The notes beneath the pieces are model-generated. The model searched no databases. It was not told the DNA's origin and saw only the letters and a list, made by a program, of their open reading frames with translations. The position numbers and the translations under genes were made by a program. Positions 20,311 to 30,134 of a stretch of 64,000 nt of DNA are shown in pieces; within the stretch, counting starts at the first letter, position 1; every line of letters begins with the position of its first letter. Origin of the DNA: an uncultured Methanolobus sp. GTDB taxonomy: Archaea > Halobacteriota > Methanosarcinia > Methanosarcinales > Methanosarcinaceae. The stretch spans positions 2,592,001 through 2,656,000 of the forward strand of contig OY776215.1 in assembly GCA_963675495.1 (NCBI GenBank), in the 5' to 3' direction.

Positions 20311-21021
20311 TCAATAACAAAGTTTCTCCAACATTTTTCTTTCTTTTCGAATACTCTTTATCTTTGTTTCATGTTTTAAAATAGCATTTAGTTTGTTTAC
20401 GACGTCCTTAGCATCAGAACCATATATGTCAGCACCAATTTTCATGGCCCATTCAGCAGTTACTGGGGCTCCACCAACCATGGTCTTTACAGTATCTCGA
20501 ATACCAGCTTCATTTAGTTCCTTTTCGAGCATCATCTGGTTTATCATTGTAATCGTCATCAGGGCAGACGTAGCTATGACATCGGGACATATCTGCATTG
20601 CTTGTTCAACAAAAGTTTCCACAGGCACATCTACACCAAGATCGATAACATTATAGCCGTTGATATGAAGTGATGTTGCAATAATTTCTTTGCCAATGGA
20701 GTGGATATCCCCTTCTATTGTGCCAATAAGTATGGTTCCTTTTGATTTTATTCTATGAGTTCTTTCATATTTCGATGGCATTAAAACTTTGATACCGGCA
20801 TCCATTGCATCCGAAGCTGCAATTATGTGAGGCAGGAATATTTTCCCTTCATCAAACATTTCCTTTAGTTTAATGATAGCAGCGTAGTAACCATTTTTGA
20901 TAACATACTCAGGTTCAATTCCTGCATTAAGTGCTTCATATGCAACGTTCTGGGTCATGGTGTCATTGAGTTTTAGGACAGATTCCATCGCTTTTTTCGC
21001 AATAATTTCTCTAGCCAGCAC
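20311..21021 (-). CDS. Methylotrophic-type corrinoid (B12-binding) protein
   Basis: FLPHIIAASDAM cap domain, GDIHSIG (DxHxxG), DLGVDVP, SALMT, MVGGAPVT. Confidence 0.92.
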   Translation of the reverse strand: MLAREIIAKKAMESVLKLNDTMTQNVAYEALNAGIEPEYVIKNGYYAAIIKLKEMFDEGKIFLPHIIAASDAMDAGIKVLMPSKYERTHRIKSKGTILIGTIEGDIHSIGKEIIATSLHINGYNVIDLGVDVPVETFVEQAMQICPDVIATSALMTITMINQMMLEKELNEAGIRDTVKTMVGGAPVTAEWAMKIGADIYGSDAKDVVNKLNAILKHETKIKSIRKERKMLEKLCY

Positions 21022-21156
21022 TTGTAACCACTTCTTATTTGATATTCAATATTTTTACAGCATCCTATATTTAATCGGCAGTAAGTAATTGTTTTCCGTT
21101 TTTAAAATATATAAAACTATCTCATACGTGAAAAAGCAAAAAAAATAGAAAATGCT

Positions 21157-22215
21157 TTAGTATTGGTCAGCATTTTCGTTATTTTCAGAAAGGTACTCCT
21201 CGTTGAACATCTTTGCCATGAGAACTACATATGATATTAACAGGGGACCAATCACAATCCCCAGCAGTCCGAATAGGTTCAATCCGATTATCACTCCTAT
21301 AATGGACTCAAGGGGATGAATACTCCCGACTTTTTTCTGTATCAATGGCCGGAGGAAATTATCAACAGAACTAAGGAGTACACCTCCTATCAAAATGCCC
21401 AGAGCAGTAAAATAATCCTGCTGAATTAGTTGAACTATTACTGCAGGTCCCCATATGAGTGTTGCACCGACTACTGGCAGGAAGGAAAGAAGGACTGCCA
21501 CAAAGCCCCAGAGGAACGCGCCCTCAACTCCAAGTAGAAGAAATGTCACTGTGAGTATTGTTCCTTGCACAAAGGCAATAATGCCCGAGCTGATAAGTGT
21601 TGCATTAACAATGGACTTAAATTCATTTTTGAGTATCTCTGTATTCTTCCTGTTGAATGGTATTGCATTTTGGAGTTTAGCTGAGTATGTTGACCCAACT
21701 CCTACAAGAAGGTAGTACAGGAGGAAATACATTATCACAAATTCAATAAGCCTTTGTCCCAGGCTTTGAATCGCATTTAAGAGTAGAATACTAAAGAAGT
21801 TAGCAGCTGATGCAATGACTTCTGTAATTTTGTCTCTTATACTAATCTCTACAGGCAATCTTTCAAGAGGCAGTTGGCTGACATAAAGGCTTAATGAGTC
21901 TATATATTCAAGGATGGTATCCGTGTCAAACAGGATATTTTGCATCTGGAGGACCACTATTGTGATGAGTATGTATAGTGGGATCAATATTAAAATAATT
22001 GTCATGAAGATAATCATAAAAGCTGCTATATTTTTGTTAAAGCTCTTTTTGGTTGTAAGGTATGCGTATAGTGGTTTGAATACCACATACAGTATGAATG
22101 CCCCTAAAAATGCATTGATGTATGGATAAAGGGCGTAAATAAGTATGGCTGCCAGCACGCTAAGCATCAGAAGTGCCTGTGGCATCTTGCTCGACTGTTT
22201 CATTACTTCTTTCAT
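21157..22215 (-). CDS. AI-2E family transporter
   Basis: Multi-TM; LSFLPVVGA, DNFLRP, IHPL, FGLLGIVIGP. Confidence 0.9.
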   Translation of the reverse strand: MKEVMKQSSKMPQALLMLSVLAAILIYALYPYINAFLGAFILYVVFKPLYAYLTTKKSFNKNIAAFMIIFMTIILILIPLYILITIVVLQMQNILFDTDTILEYIDSLSLYVSQLPLERLPVEISIRDKITEVIASAANFFSILLLNAIQSLGQRLIEFVIMYFLLYYLLVGVGSTYSAKLQNAIPFNRKNTEILKNEFKSIVNATLISSGIIAFVQGTILTVTFLLLGVEGAFLWGFVAVLLSFLPVVGATLIWGPAVIVQLIQQDYFTALGILIGGVLLSSVDNFLRPLIQKKVGSIHPLESIIGVIIGLNLFGLLGIVIGPLLISYVVLMAKMFNEEYLSENNENADQY

Positions 22216-22300
22216 TATTGTCCTTAGTATTTAAGGTTAATATCCATATATTGTTGTCATTTGATAACAGCTATATCATATTGGATAATTATTTCAGTCG

Positions 22301-23134
22301 ATGGTATCAAAATATGTCGGCCTGTTCAGTAGAACTCTGGATAAGTGGAAGGAAGATGATGGTATCACAAATAGTGCAGCTCTTTCTTTCCATACAATAA
22401 TCGGTCTGCCGGCTCTTCTTCTTTTCACTTTGTCCTTAGGTAGCATTTTCCTGAAAGAACAGATAATTGAGGCGGCCATCATTACGGATGTATCGTTGTT
22501 TGCAGATGACGTTTCTATAAAAGCTTTGAATACGCTTTTTACACAACTTTCTGTGAGCAACTCTTTTAGTGTCAGTGCTGTTGTCAGTTTTTTGATCTAT
22601 CTATGGAGTGCAGGCAATATTTTCCTTCAGTTTCAAAAGATGATCAATAAAATGTGGGGTGCGAGAGCTTCTAACAGGAACTGGATTCATGGTTTTCTCC
22701 GTAAAAGGTTCTCAGCTCTTGTTGCAGCTCTTGCCTTTGGGATGCTTGTGGCCATTAGCACAGTATTTGAACTGATATTCTTTGTCATTTCTGATAATCT
22801 GGAGGCAACTCTTTCAATTTCTACAGGTGCTGTAAAATATACAAGCTTTTTGATCAATTTTAGTACTTTGATCGTTCTTTTCATGTACCTTTTCCGAGCA
22901 CTTCCTGAAACGATCATTGACTTGAAATATGTTTTTACAGGTTCATTACTAACGGTTACTCTGCTTACAATGGGCAAATATATGATGGGTATTTATCTAT
23001 CACACAGCAATGTTGCTACAGTTTACGGAACAATAGGTTCAATAATTGTCATTTTCCTTTGGGTCTATATGTCTTCTATTATTGTTACTTTCATGGTAGA
23101 ATTCATAGGGGTCCATTCTGGATCAGGTAGGTAA
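22301..23134 (+). CDS. YihY/BrkB family membrane protein
   Basis: SAALSFHT, INKMW, FRALP, YGTIGSIIVIFLWVY. Confidence 0.88.
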   Translation: MVSKYVGLFSRTLDKWKEDDGITNSAALSFHTIIGLPALLLFTLSLGSIFLKEQIIEAAIITDVSLFADDVSIKALNTLFTQLSVSNSFSVSAVVSFLIYLWSAGNIFLQFQKMINKMWGARASNRNWIHGFLRKRFSALVAALAFGMLVAISTVFELIFFVISDNLEATLSISTGAVKYTSFLINFSTLIVLFMYLFRALPETIIDLKYVFTGSLLTVTLLTMGKYMMGIYLSHSNVATVYGTIGSIIVIFLWVYMSSIIVTFMVEFIGVHSGSGR

Positions 23135-23404
23135 AGACAATCTAAGTTTAAATTGAATGTGGATTCTATTGTGTATGGTATATCTCTTTGTATAATTGGT
23201 GTGTTTTGTGACTAGTGTGCATCTATGTGATATTTAATACTGCAGAATCGTACACTGGATTATCGGGTGTGTCAGGCATGTATGATTTGTATTACATTTT
23301 CATACACATACGTGATTGCTTATTTTTTAAGTTTTCATTTCCGATGTATGATGGTAACATATAATTATTATTCAATATGATATGTATTAAGGGAGTGTAC
23401 TAAT

Positions 23405-23888
23405 ATGGGATGGGAACAAATTGCCTGGAAAAAATTGATTATCTCAATTGGCTTATGTCAGTTAACTGGCATTGGGGGGAATATTCACTTATAGCTCCAT
23501 ACCTACGTGGTATGCATCACTTGTGAAACCATCCTTCGTTCCTCCAAGCTGGCTTTTTTCAGTAGTCTGGCCTCTCCTTTATATTTTAATGGGTATTGCT
23601 TTTTATATTATATGGCAAAAAGGATGGAAGATAACAAAAGTAAGAATCGCAATGTATGTATTTAGCATCCAATTGTTTTTGAATTTACTCTGGTCCATTT
23701 TGTTTTTCGGACTTCGTTCTCCCTTCATGGGTCTAATTGATATCGTGCTTCTCTGGGTAATTATCGGATTGAATATTGTGCTTTTCTACAGAATTTCAAA
23801 ACCCGCAGGTATGCTTCTGGTACCCTACATTCTATGGGTGTCATTTGCGACTATGCTTAATTATTCGATAATGGTATTAAACCCTTGA
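23405..23888 (+). pseudogene. tspO: TspO/MBR family protein, frameshifted near the 5' end
   Basis: WYASLVKPSFVPPSW, LNLLWSILFF, LLVPYILWVSFA in one frame; N-terminal MGWEQIAWKKLIISIGLCQLTGI (ATG 23405 after GGGAG) in another frame, junction at G6 run 23474-23479. Confidence 0.7.
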
Positions 23889-23935
23889 ATGTTACAAGGG
23901 TTATTCATAGGTTCTGTGGATGCAAAGTTCTCTTT

Positions 23936-24235
23936 TTACAGTATTTCTCTCAGAGCATTAGCAGCAGCATAAACGCTTCCAATACCGCCAATATAGTTTG
24001 CTATGCGGACAGCTTCCATTATTTCTTCTTTTGTTGCCCCTTCAGCCATTGCCTGCATGGCTAGCACTTTTACTCCATCTACGGCTCCGTGTTCAGCGTC
24101 AAGTGCCAGGGCTATGAGATACTTGTATTTCAGTGGTATGCTGCCTTGTGAAAGTGCATTTTCACGTGTTGCATCTATGATATTAAAAAAATCACTGTCC
24201 TTTTCCTGAATTATGTTTAGTGGGTGTCCTTCCAT
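23936..24235 (-). CDS. Carboxymuconolactone decarboxylase (CMD/AhpD) family protein
   Basis: IPLKYKYLIALALDA and AMAEGATKEEIMEA pattern; GGAGG RBS. Confidence 0.85.
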   Translation of the reverse strand: MEGHPLNIIQEKDSDFFNIIDATRENALSQGSIPLKYKYLIALALDAEHGAVDGVKVLAMQAMAEGATKEEIMEAVRIANYIGGIGSVYAAANALREIL

Positions 24236-24371
24236 TATTTCTCCTCCTTCTTTTTGCACATATTTTTTTTGATCTTTGTATTCTGACCATAAGATATTGT
24301 GCTTGTCTGGTATTTTATTTTTTACCTTTGTTTTGACTCCTGTCTGGATTTATGGTCTCAAAATGCTTATA

Positions 24372-24403
24372 TATGACTCTGGTCATTTATGACTCTGGTC
24401 ATT
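24372..24403. promoter_or_regulatory. Tandem palindromic operators, probable TetR binding sites
   Basis: Exact 16-bp direct repeat TATGACTCTGGTCATT x2, each containing ATGAC-N4-GTCAT, abutting the TATA-like CTTATATA at 24366-24373. Confidence 0.75.
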
Positions 24404-24429
24404 TATATTTAATGGACAACCGAGGCAAT

Positions 24430-25032
24430 ATGTCCCTGCGAGAAAAAAAGAAACAGGAAACCAGAAATCGAATTTTTGCTGTATCTGGTCAATTGTTCAA
24501 AGAAAAAGGGTTTGAGAATACAACAGTTGATGAGATCACAAAGGAAGCTGGTATAGCTAAAGGCACTTTCTTTAATTATTTCCCAACAAAAGAATCACTT
24601 CTGCTTTACTTCAAAAAGCAAAAAGAGGAGCTGATCTTTAATGTACTTGAAACTCAAATGTCTCTGGATGTGCCTGCAAAAGAGAAGATAACGAACTTTC
24701 TCGTACTCCTTGCAGAGAATTATGAAAAGGATAAGGAACTTACAAGACTATTGTTCTTTGAGCACAAACGTCTTACAATGATTTCCACCCAGCAATCGGG
24801 CGAAAAAAAACAGGCTCATCAGAGGTTTATTGATATGATCTGTGATTTTCTCAAAGAAGGTGTGCAAAACGGGGAAATCAAGAATGGAATTGATCTTAAG
24901 ATTGCATCAGAAAGTCTGAATGCTATCTATTTCCACTCACTAATGATATGGTTACATTCGGATAATAATACTTCTTTTTCCAGGGATATATCAGCAAAGA
25001 TCGATCTTTTATTCGCAGGAATCGGGGAATGA
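24430..25032 (+). CDS. TetR/AcrR family transcriptional regulator
   Basis: LREKKKQETR...KGFENTTVDEITKEAGIAKGTFFNYFPTKE. Confidence 0.95.
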   Translation: MSLREKKKQETRNRIFAVSGQLFKEKGFENTTVDEITKEAGIAKGTFFNYFPTKESLLLYFKKQKEELIFNVLETQMSLDVPAKEKITNFLVLLAENYEKDKELTRLLFFEHKRLTMISTQQSGEKKQAHQRFIDMICDFLKEGVQNGEIKNGIDLKIASESLNAIYFHSLMIWLHSDNNTSFSRDISAKIDLLFAGIGE

Positions 25033-25035
25033 AAA

Positions 25036-26019
25036 ATGTTTGCAATTACAGTTGAAGATCTTACTAAGAAATTCGGTGATTTTACTGCCGTGAACAAGCT
25101 TTCTTTTAGCATAAAAAAAGGTGAGGTATTTGGTCTACTCGGTCCTAACGGAGCCGGTAAGACCACTACCATGTCAATGCTTTCAACCATGCTTAAACCA
25201 AGCTATGGAAAAGCATCTGTTAATGGATACGATATACTGACAGACGAAGATGATGTCCGCAAGTCTATTGGTATAGTATTCCAGGACCAGAGTCTGGACG
25301 AGGAGCTTACAGCTTACGAGAATATGGATTTTCACGGAAGATTATATCGTATTCCTAAGGACACCAGACAAAAAAAGATCATGGAGCTACTTAAACTGGT
25401 GGAATTGGATGGGAAGAAAGACAATATTGTGAAAACATACTCAGGTGGTATGAGGCGTCGCCTGGAAATTGCAAGGGGACTGTTGCACGAACCAAAGGTT
25501 CTTTTTCTGGATGAGCCAACCCTTGGCCTTGACCCGCAGACAAGGAATCACCTTTGGGACTACATAGAGAAACTGAACAAAGAAAAAGGTATTAGCATAA
25601 TTCTTACCACGCATTATATGGAAGAGGCTGACAAACTTTGCCATAGGATCGCTATCATAGACAGAGGTGAAATAGTAGCCATGGACACGTCTGATAAATT
25701 GAAAAATGATATTGGAGGGGACTTGATCACTATAGTTTCTTCCGGGAAGGATGATTTGTATTCAGCGGTTAGTTCCTTGCCGGAAATTGAAAACATTGAG
25801 ATGCATGATTCCTCTCTCATCATTGGTTTGCAAAATGCGGAAAAGCATGTTGCACAGATGGTCACCCTGGCTTCAGAGAAGGGTATTCCCATTGATTCAA
25901 TATCTATTCACAAACCAACCCTTGAAGACGTGTTCCTGCACTTTACAGGCAGGAGTATAAGGGAAGAGGAAGCCAGTGGAAAAGAACAGATGCGTATGAT
26001 GCAAAGAGCCAGGAGATAA
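25036..26019 (+). CDS. ABC-2/DrrA-type exporter ATP-binding subunit
   Basis: GPNGAGKTT, YSGGMRRR, LFLDEPT, PTLEDVF. Confidence 0.95.
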   Translation: MFAITVEDLTKKFGDFTAVNKLSFSIKKGEVFGLLGPNGAGKTTTMSMLSTMLKPSYGKASVNGYDILTDEDDVRKSIGIVFQDQSLDEELTAYENMDFHGRLYRIPKDTRQKKIMELLKLVELDGKKDNIVKTYSGGMRRRLEIARGLLHEPKVLFLDEPTLGLDPQTRNHLWDYIEKLNKEKGISIILTTHYMEEADKLCHRIAIIDRGEIVAMDTSDKLKNDIGGDLITIVSSGKDDLYSAVSSLPEIENIEMHDSSLIIGLQNAEKHVAQMVTLASEKGIPIDSISIHKPTLEDVFLHFTGRSIREEEASGKEQMRMMQRARR

Positions 26020-26023
26020 AGGA

Positions 26024-26773
26024 ATGGACATAGTTTACACTATATGGCTAAGGAATGTTAAACGATATATTCGTTCAAAAAGCAGACTCCTGGGTAGTTT
26101 AGGTATGCCTGTGTTCTTCCTGCTGGTCCTCGGATTCGGTCTGAATTCCGTGGTCGTTCTTCCAGGCATGGAACAAGGATATATAGGATTTATAATCCCA
26201 GGAATAATTTCCATGAGTGTTCTTTTCACTTCGGTGTTCTCAGGTATACAGATAATATGGGACAAGCAATTCGGTTTCCTTAAAGAAACATTAGTTGCAC
26301 CGGTTTCAAGATTGGAGATTATGCTTGGTCAGACATTTGGAGGAGCTACCACAGCTGTAATACAGGGACTTATGATATTTGTTCTTTCACTGTTCATGGG
26401 ACTTAAGGTAAGTAGTATCCCTGGATTTGCAATAGCAATTATTTTTATGCTGTTGATTGGGATATCTTTCACAGCATTCGGGATTGCCATAGCTTCAAGA
26501 ATGGATGATATGCATGGTTTCCAGCTTATAATGAATTTTGTAATCTTCCCGATATTCGGATTATCCGGTGCCCTGTTCCCTATCGACAGCCTGCCGGCAG
26601 GAGTTAGGTTCCTTACACTGCTGGATCCTCTTACGTATGGAGTTGAAGGTATCAGGTATGGTCTTCTCGGCAGTTCCCAGATTGATCCTGTAATTAGTTT
26701 TGTAGTCCTTTCAGGATTTACGGTAATGATGGTGTTAGTTGGTTCGTATTTGTTCAGGAAAATAAGCATTTGA
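26024..26773 (+). CDS. ABC-2/DrrB-type exporter permease
   Basis: DKQFGFLKETLVAPVSR, LSGALFP, DPLTYGV; six TM segments. Confidence 0.93.
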   Translation: MDIVYTIWLRNVKRYIRSKSRLLGSLGMPVFFLLVLGFGLNSVVVLPGMEQGYIGFIIPGIISMSVLFTSVFSGIQIIWDKQFGFLKETLVAPVSRLEIMLGQTFGGATTAVIQGLMIFVLSLFMGLKVSSIPGFAIAIIFMLLIGISFTAFGIAIASRMDDMHGFQLIMNFVIFPIFGLSGALFPIDSLPAGVRFLTLLDPLTYGVEGIRYGLLGSSQIDPVISFVVLSGFTVMMVLVGSYLFRKISI

Positions 26774-27045
26774 TAAATGCATTGAATTAGTATGTTTTAA
26801 TCAGAAGTGGCAATACAATTAATATACCTAATTTTACTGAACACATTCTCTAAAAATCAGGAACTTGTGTGAAATTAATTTTATATATTGAAATTTATTA
26901 TTTATCAGTGTGCGCTTTTAGTGATGAGCTACTTGTTTTTATTTGATAGTGTAAATGTAATGTCCCATTACATTTTTATATAAGTAACGTTATACTGGAC
27001 ACGACTCTGTAAACTATCTAATTTTACAACTGCGCAAGGTGGTTA

Positions 27046-27378
27046 ATGGAGACTGGTTTACTTGTTAGAAGGGAGTTCATGAAAAAATCATTGTTGCTTG
27101 ATTTTGCTGAAAAAAAGGATTCTGTGCTCAAATCAAATATCGAGGAAATGGGATTTACGGTATTTTCACTATTGGCATCAAGTTTAATTAGTCCTGATGA
27201 CCTTCCTGCCATGAAAAATTATATTGTTTTCCATTCATACAATGAAGTGGAGTTCAATTCAAATTTTGATTCCCTGTTTGCTAGCTCATTATTAAATAAC
27301 ACTTTTTCTGAAAACATGGATGTTTCCATACTTGGTGATGGGGAACATTTTGACAATGCTATTACAGAAGGTATGTGA
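27046..27378 (+). CDS. Hypothetical protein upstream of histidine kinase
   Basis: 110-aa ORF with AGGTGG RBS, stop 1 nt before kinase ATG; no recognisable motif. Confidence 0.45.
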   Translation: METGLLVRREFMKKSLLLDFAEKKDSVLKSNIEEMGFTVFSLLASSLISPDDLPAMKNYIVFHSYNEVEFNSNFDSLFASSLLNNTFSENMDVSILGDGEHFDNAITEGM

Positions 27379-27379
27379 A

Positions 27380-28915
27380 ATGAAGGATGATTTTTCTATT
27401 CAGGAAAAAGCGCTGGACATAGCTTATGAGCATGCTCCTAATTTGATTTTGATGATCGATCACAACTTTCGAGTGGAGCGCATCAATAGGATTGGTGTTG
27501 AAACCATAGGAAAGGACCCTGAAGATATTCTTGGGTTTGCATTAGGGGCTATATTTTCGTGTGTCAATTCATTTGAAGGGGATGGGTGTGGCACAAATAA
27601 TAATTGTGTTACCTGCTCTATCCGTGATATCATTGCTAGATCATTTAGCTTAGGTTCTGATTTTCATAAGATTGAAGGAAGTATGGATACTCTTAGCGCT
27701 GATGGTATTGTTTCAAATCATAAGTTCCTGGTTTCTACTGTATATGTGGGTTCACAGGGCAACGATAAGGTTCTTTTATATCTTGATGATATAACTGAAC
27801 GCAAAAAAGCTGAAAACACCCTAAAAGAAAGTGAGGAACGCTTCCAGACTCTGTATGAGAACATGCCAGGCGGGATGATCATTATCGGTAAAGATTACGT
27901 AATAGAGGACGTAAATCAGCGTACTTGTGAGATCACAGGTTATGGGAAGGAGGAACTTGTGGGGCAACTATGCGATATTGTTTGTCCCAAGGGTTCATTA
28001 TCGAAAAAATGTCCAATATGGATCGATTGTCTTGATGGTTTTCAGGGAATGGATACTGCTATCAAATGCAAGGATGGGACAAGGACCCCTATATTGAAGA
28101 ATGCAAAGAAGATCTTTATTGAAGGAGAACAATACATTCTGGAGAATTTCCAGGATATATCCGTGCAAAAGAATGCAGCAGAGGCTATAATCAATGCAAA
28201 GATTTTAGCTGAGGAAGCTAACAGGACCAAGAGTGAGTTTCTTGCAACAATGAGTCATGAGCTTCGGACACCTTTAAACGCTGTAATTGGTTATTCTGAC
28301 CTTTTGCTCGAAGAGTCATTTGGGGTGCTCGTTGCACAGCAGAAAAAGTCCTTAAATCATATTTCTAATAGTGGAAGGCATCTGCTGAAATTGATCAATG
28401 ATATTCTTGATATCTCAAAAGTGGAATCTGGAAAAATGGAATTGTATTATGAAGAGTTCTTTGTTAGTGAAGTATTCATGACAGTCTTGAATATCGTTTC
28501 TCCTCTTGCAAGGAAAAAGAACATAAAACTTGAAAGCAGCATTGTTCCTGATAACTTATTAATAAATGCTGACAAGGTTCGGTTCAAACAGATATTGTTC
28601 AATCTTGCAAGTAATGCAGTGAAATTTACTTCGGATGGCGGTTCTGTTCTGCTAGATGCACACAAAAAAGATGATGTGATAGAGTTCTCCGTGATTGATA
28701 CGGGTATAGGTATCTCATCAGATAATGTTGGTAGGTTATTTCTTCCTTTCCAGCAAATCGACTCTACTATTTCAAGAGAGTATAATGGTACGGGTCTTGG
28801 GTTATCACTTGTAAAAAGATTCGTTGAAATGCATGGTGGAACGGTATCAGTTGAAAGTGTGCTTGGTCAGGGAAGTAACTTTAGTTTCAGTCTTCCACTG
28901 TGTGACAAACACTAG
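27380..28915 (+). CDS. Cytoplasmic PAS-PAS sensor histidine kinase
   Basis: Cys-rich PAS domains, MSHELRTPLN H-box, NAVKFT, DTGIGI, GTGLGL. Confidence 0.93.
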   Translation: MKDDFSIQEKALDIAYEHAPNLILMIDHNFRVERINRIGVETIGKDPEDILGFALGAIFSCVNSFEGDGCGTNNNCVTCSIRDIIARSFSLGSDFHKIEGSMDTLSADGIVSNHKFLVSTVYVGSQGNDKVLLYLDDITERKKAENTLKESEERFQTLYENMPGGMIIIGKDYVIEDVNQRTCEITGYGKEELVGQLCDIVCPKGSLSKKCPIWIDCLDGFQGMDTAIKCKDGTRTPILKNAKKIFIEGEQYILENFQDISVQKNAAEAIINAKILAEEANRTKSEFLATMSHELRTPLNAVIGYSDLLLEESFGVLVAQQKKSLNHISNSGRHLLKLINDILDISKVESGKMELYYEEFFVSEVFMTVLNIVSPLARKKNIKLESSIVPDNLLINADKVRFKQILFNLASNAVKFTSDGGSVLLDAHKKDDVIEFSVIDTGIGISSDNVGRLFLPFQQIDSTISREYNGTGLGLSLVKRFVEMHGGTVSVESVLGQGSNFSFSLPLCDKH

Positions 28916-28921
28916 TTTTTT

Positions 28922-29293
28922 CTAAGCCAAAAGTTCTTTGTCGAAATTTTCGATAAGATCATTCATTTTCTGGTACCATTGGTCTATGGTCTTTTTAATC
29001 ATTTCTTTGACCACTGTCGGTTCAATGGCAACATATTCATAGTAGTATCCACCGATAGAAATGGATTTTGTTTCTCTGTATACAAGTCCGGCGGCAATTA
29101 GGTTTTGTAATGAGCGGTATGCTGTGCTTCGTTCACGATCAAGTAGTTCTCCGAGTTTCTCAGCTGTCATGGCACCGTTTTCAAGCAAGGTTTTGTATGT
29201 ATTGATGTCAAGTTCCTTTAGTCCAAGTATGCATTTTGCCATGTCTTCACATTTGCATTCGGCTCTTAGCATTTCAGGTATAGAACTCGCCAT
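28922..29293 (-). CDS. TrmB-like HTH transcriptional regulator
   Basis: CILGLKELD, RERSTAYRSLQNL, GGYYYEY. Confidence 0.85.
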   Translation of the reverse strand: MASSIPEMLRAECKCEDMAKCILGLKELDINTYKTLLENGAMTAEKLGELLDRERSTAYRSLQNLIAAGLVYRETKSISIGGYYYEYVAIEPTVVKEMIKKTIDQWYQKMNDLIENFDKELLA

Positions 29294-29408
29294 ATTTTTA
29301 CCTCGCATATTTCATGATACGTTTTACTGATGATGATTGCACAATTTACACAAAACCGATTAAAGATTGCGTCAATTATATATATAGTTTGCCAGAATTC
29401 TATCTTCC

Positions 29409-30089
29409 TTGACAATAATACCTGAAAATGAACGCTCAAGTCTCCCGTTGGATACTGATGAGATAATATATCATCCTGATATGATACGTGCAAATGAGTG
29501 GGTACTTTCTGAATATGAACCGCCTGTTAGGGAATTCTGTATATTTGTACCTTGTGCAAAGAAAAAACCCTATCATGAGAGTCCTTCTCATAAAATATTT
29601 GACAAAGTTATCTTTGGAATGCTTGAACCTGAGGATGTACATATTGTCGTTTTTGGAACATGTGGTATCACTCCCCGTGAACTGGATACTGAATATCCTT
29701 TTATGGACTATCAATTCATGCTTGGAAAATGTAATGTTGCAAAGATCAAAAGGGATTTCATTAAGATGGAAAGCCAGAGGCTAGCGCAGTATCTTGAAAA
29801 AACGCGTGACAACTATAGACATCGTATCGCTTATTGCATAGGTGATTTCAGGAAAGCTATGGAACTTGCAGTTAAGATGTCTGGCGTTGAAGTGATAATA
29901 GTTCCCAAAGAAGAAACTGTCAACGCACATGTCCAGCCGGGGAAGAAATTCATTTATGGAAGTCTTAATCAGGCAACTTATCTTCAGGACTTTTCTGATT
30001 CAATTGCAACCATTGTCGGCAAAGAGTCAAGGAATACTGTTTTAGATGATGATGGAAAAACCAATGACAATGATTGGTATTTATTATGA
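29409..30089 (+). CDS. DUF5591 domain protein (archaeosine synthase ArcS-like domain, stand-alone)
   Basis: FVPCAKKKPYHESPSH and GITPRELDTEYP resemble ArcS motifs PCSxxKPYxxSxSH and GxVPRELE. Confidence 0.75.
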   Translation: MTIIPENERSSLPLDTDEIIYHPDMIRANEWVLSEYEPPVREFCIFVPCAKKKPYHESPSHKIFDKVIFGMLEPEDVHIVVFGTCGITPRELDTEYPFMDYQFMLGKCNVAKIKRDFIKMESQRLAQYLEKTRDNYRHRIAYCIGDFRKAMELAVKMSGVEVIIVPKEETVNAHVQPGKKFIYGSLNQATYLQDFSDSIATIVGKESRNTVLDDDGKTNDNDWYLL

Positions 30090-30134
30090 AATTTATTTTT
30101 TAAAAAAATGAATAAATGGCTTTAATTGCCACTA

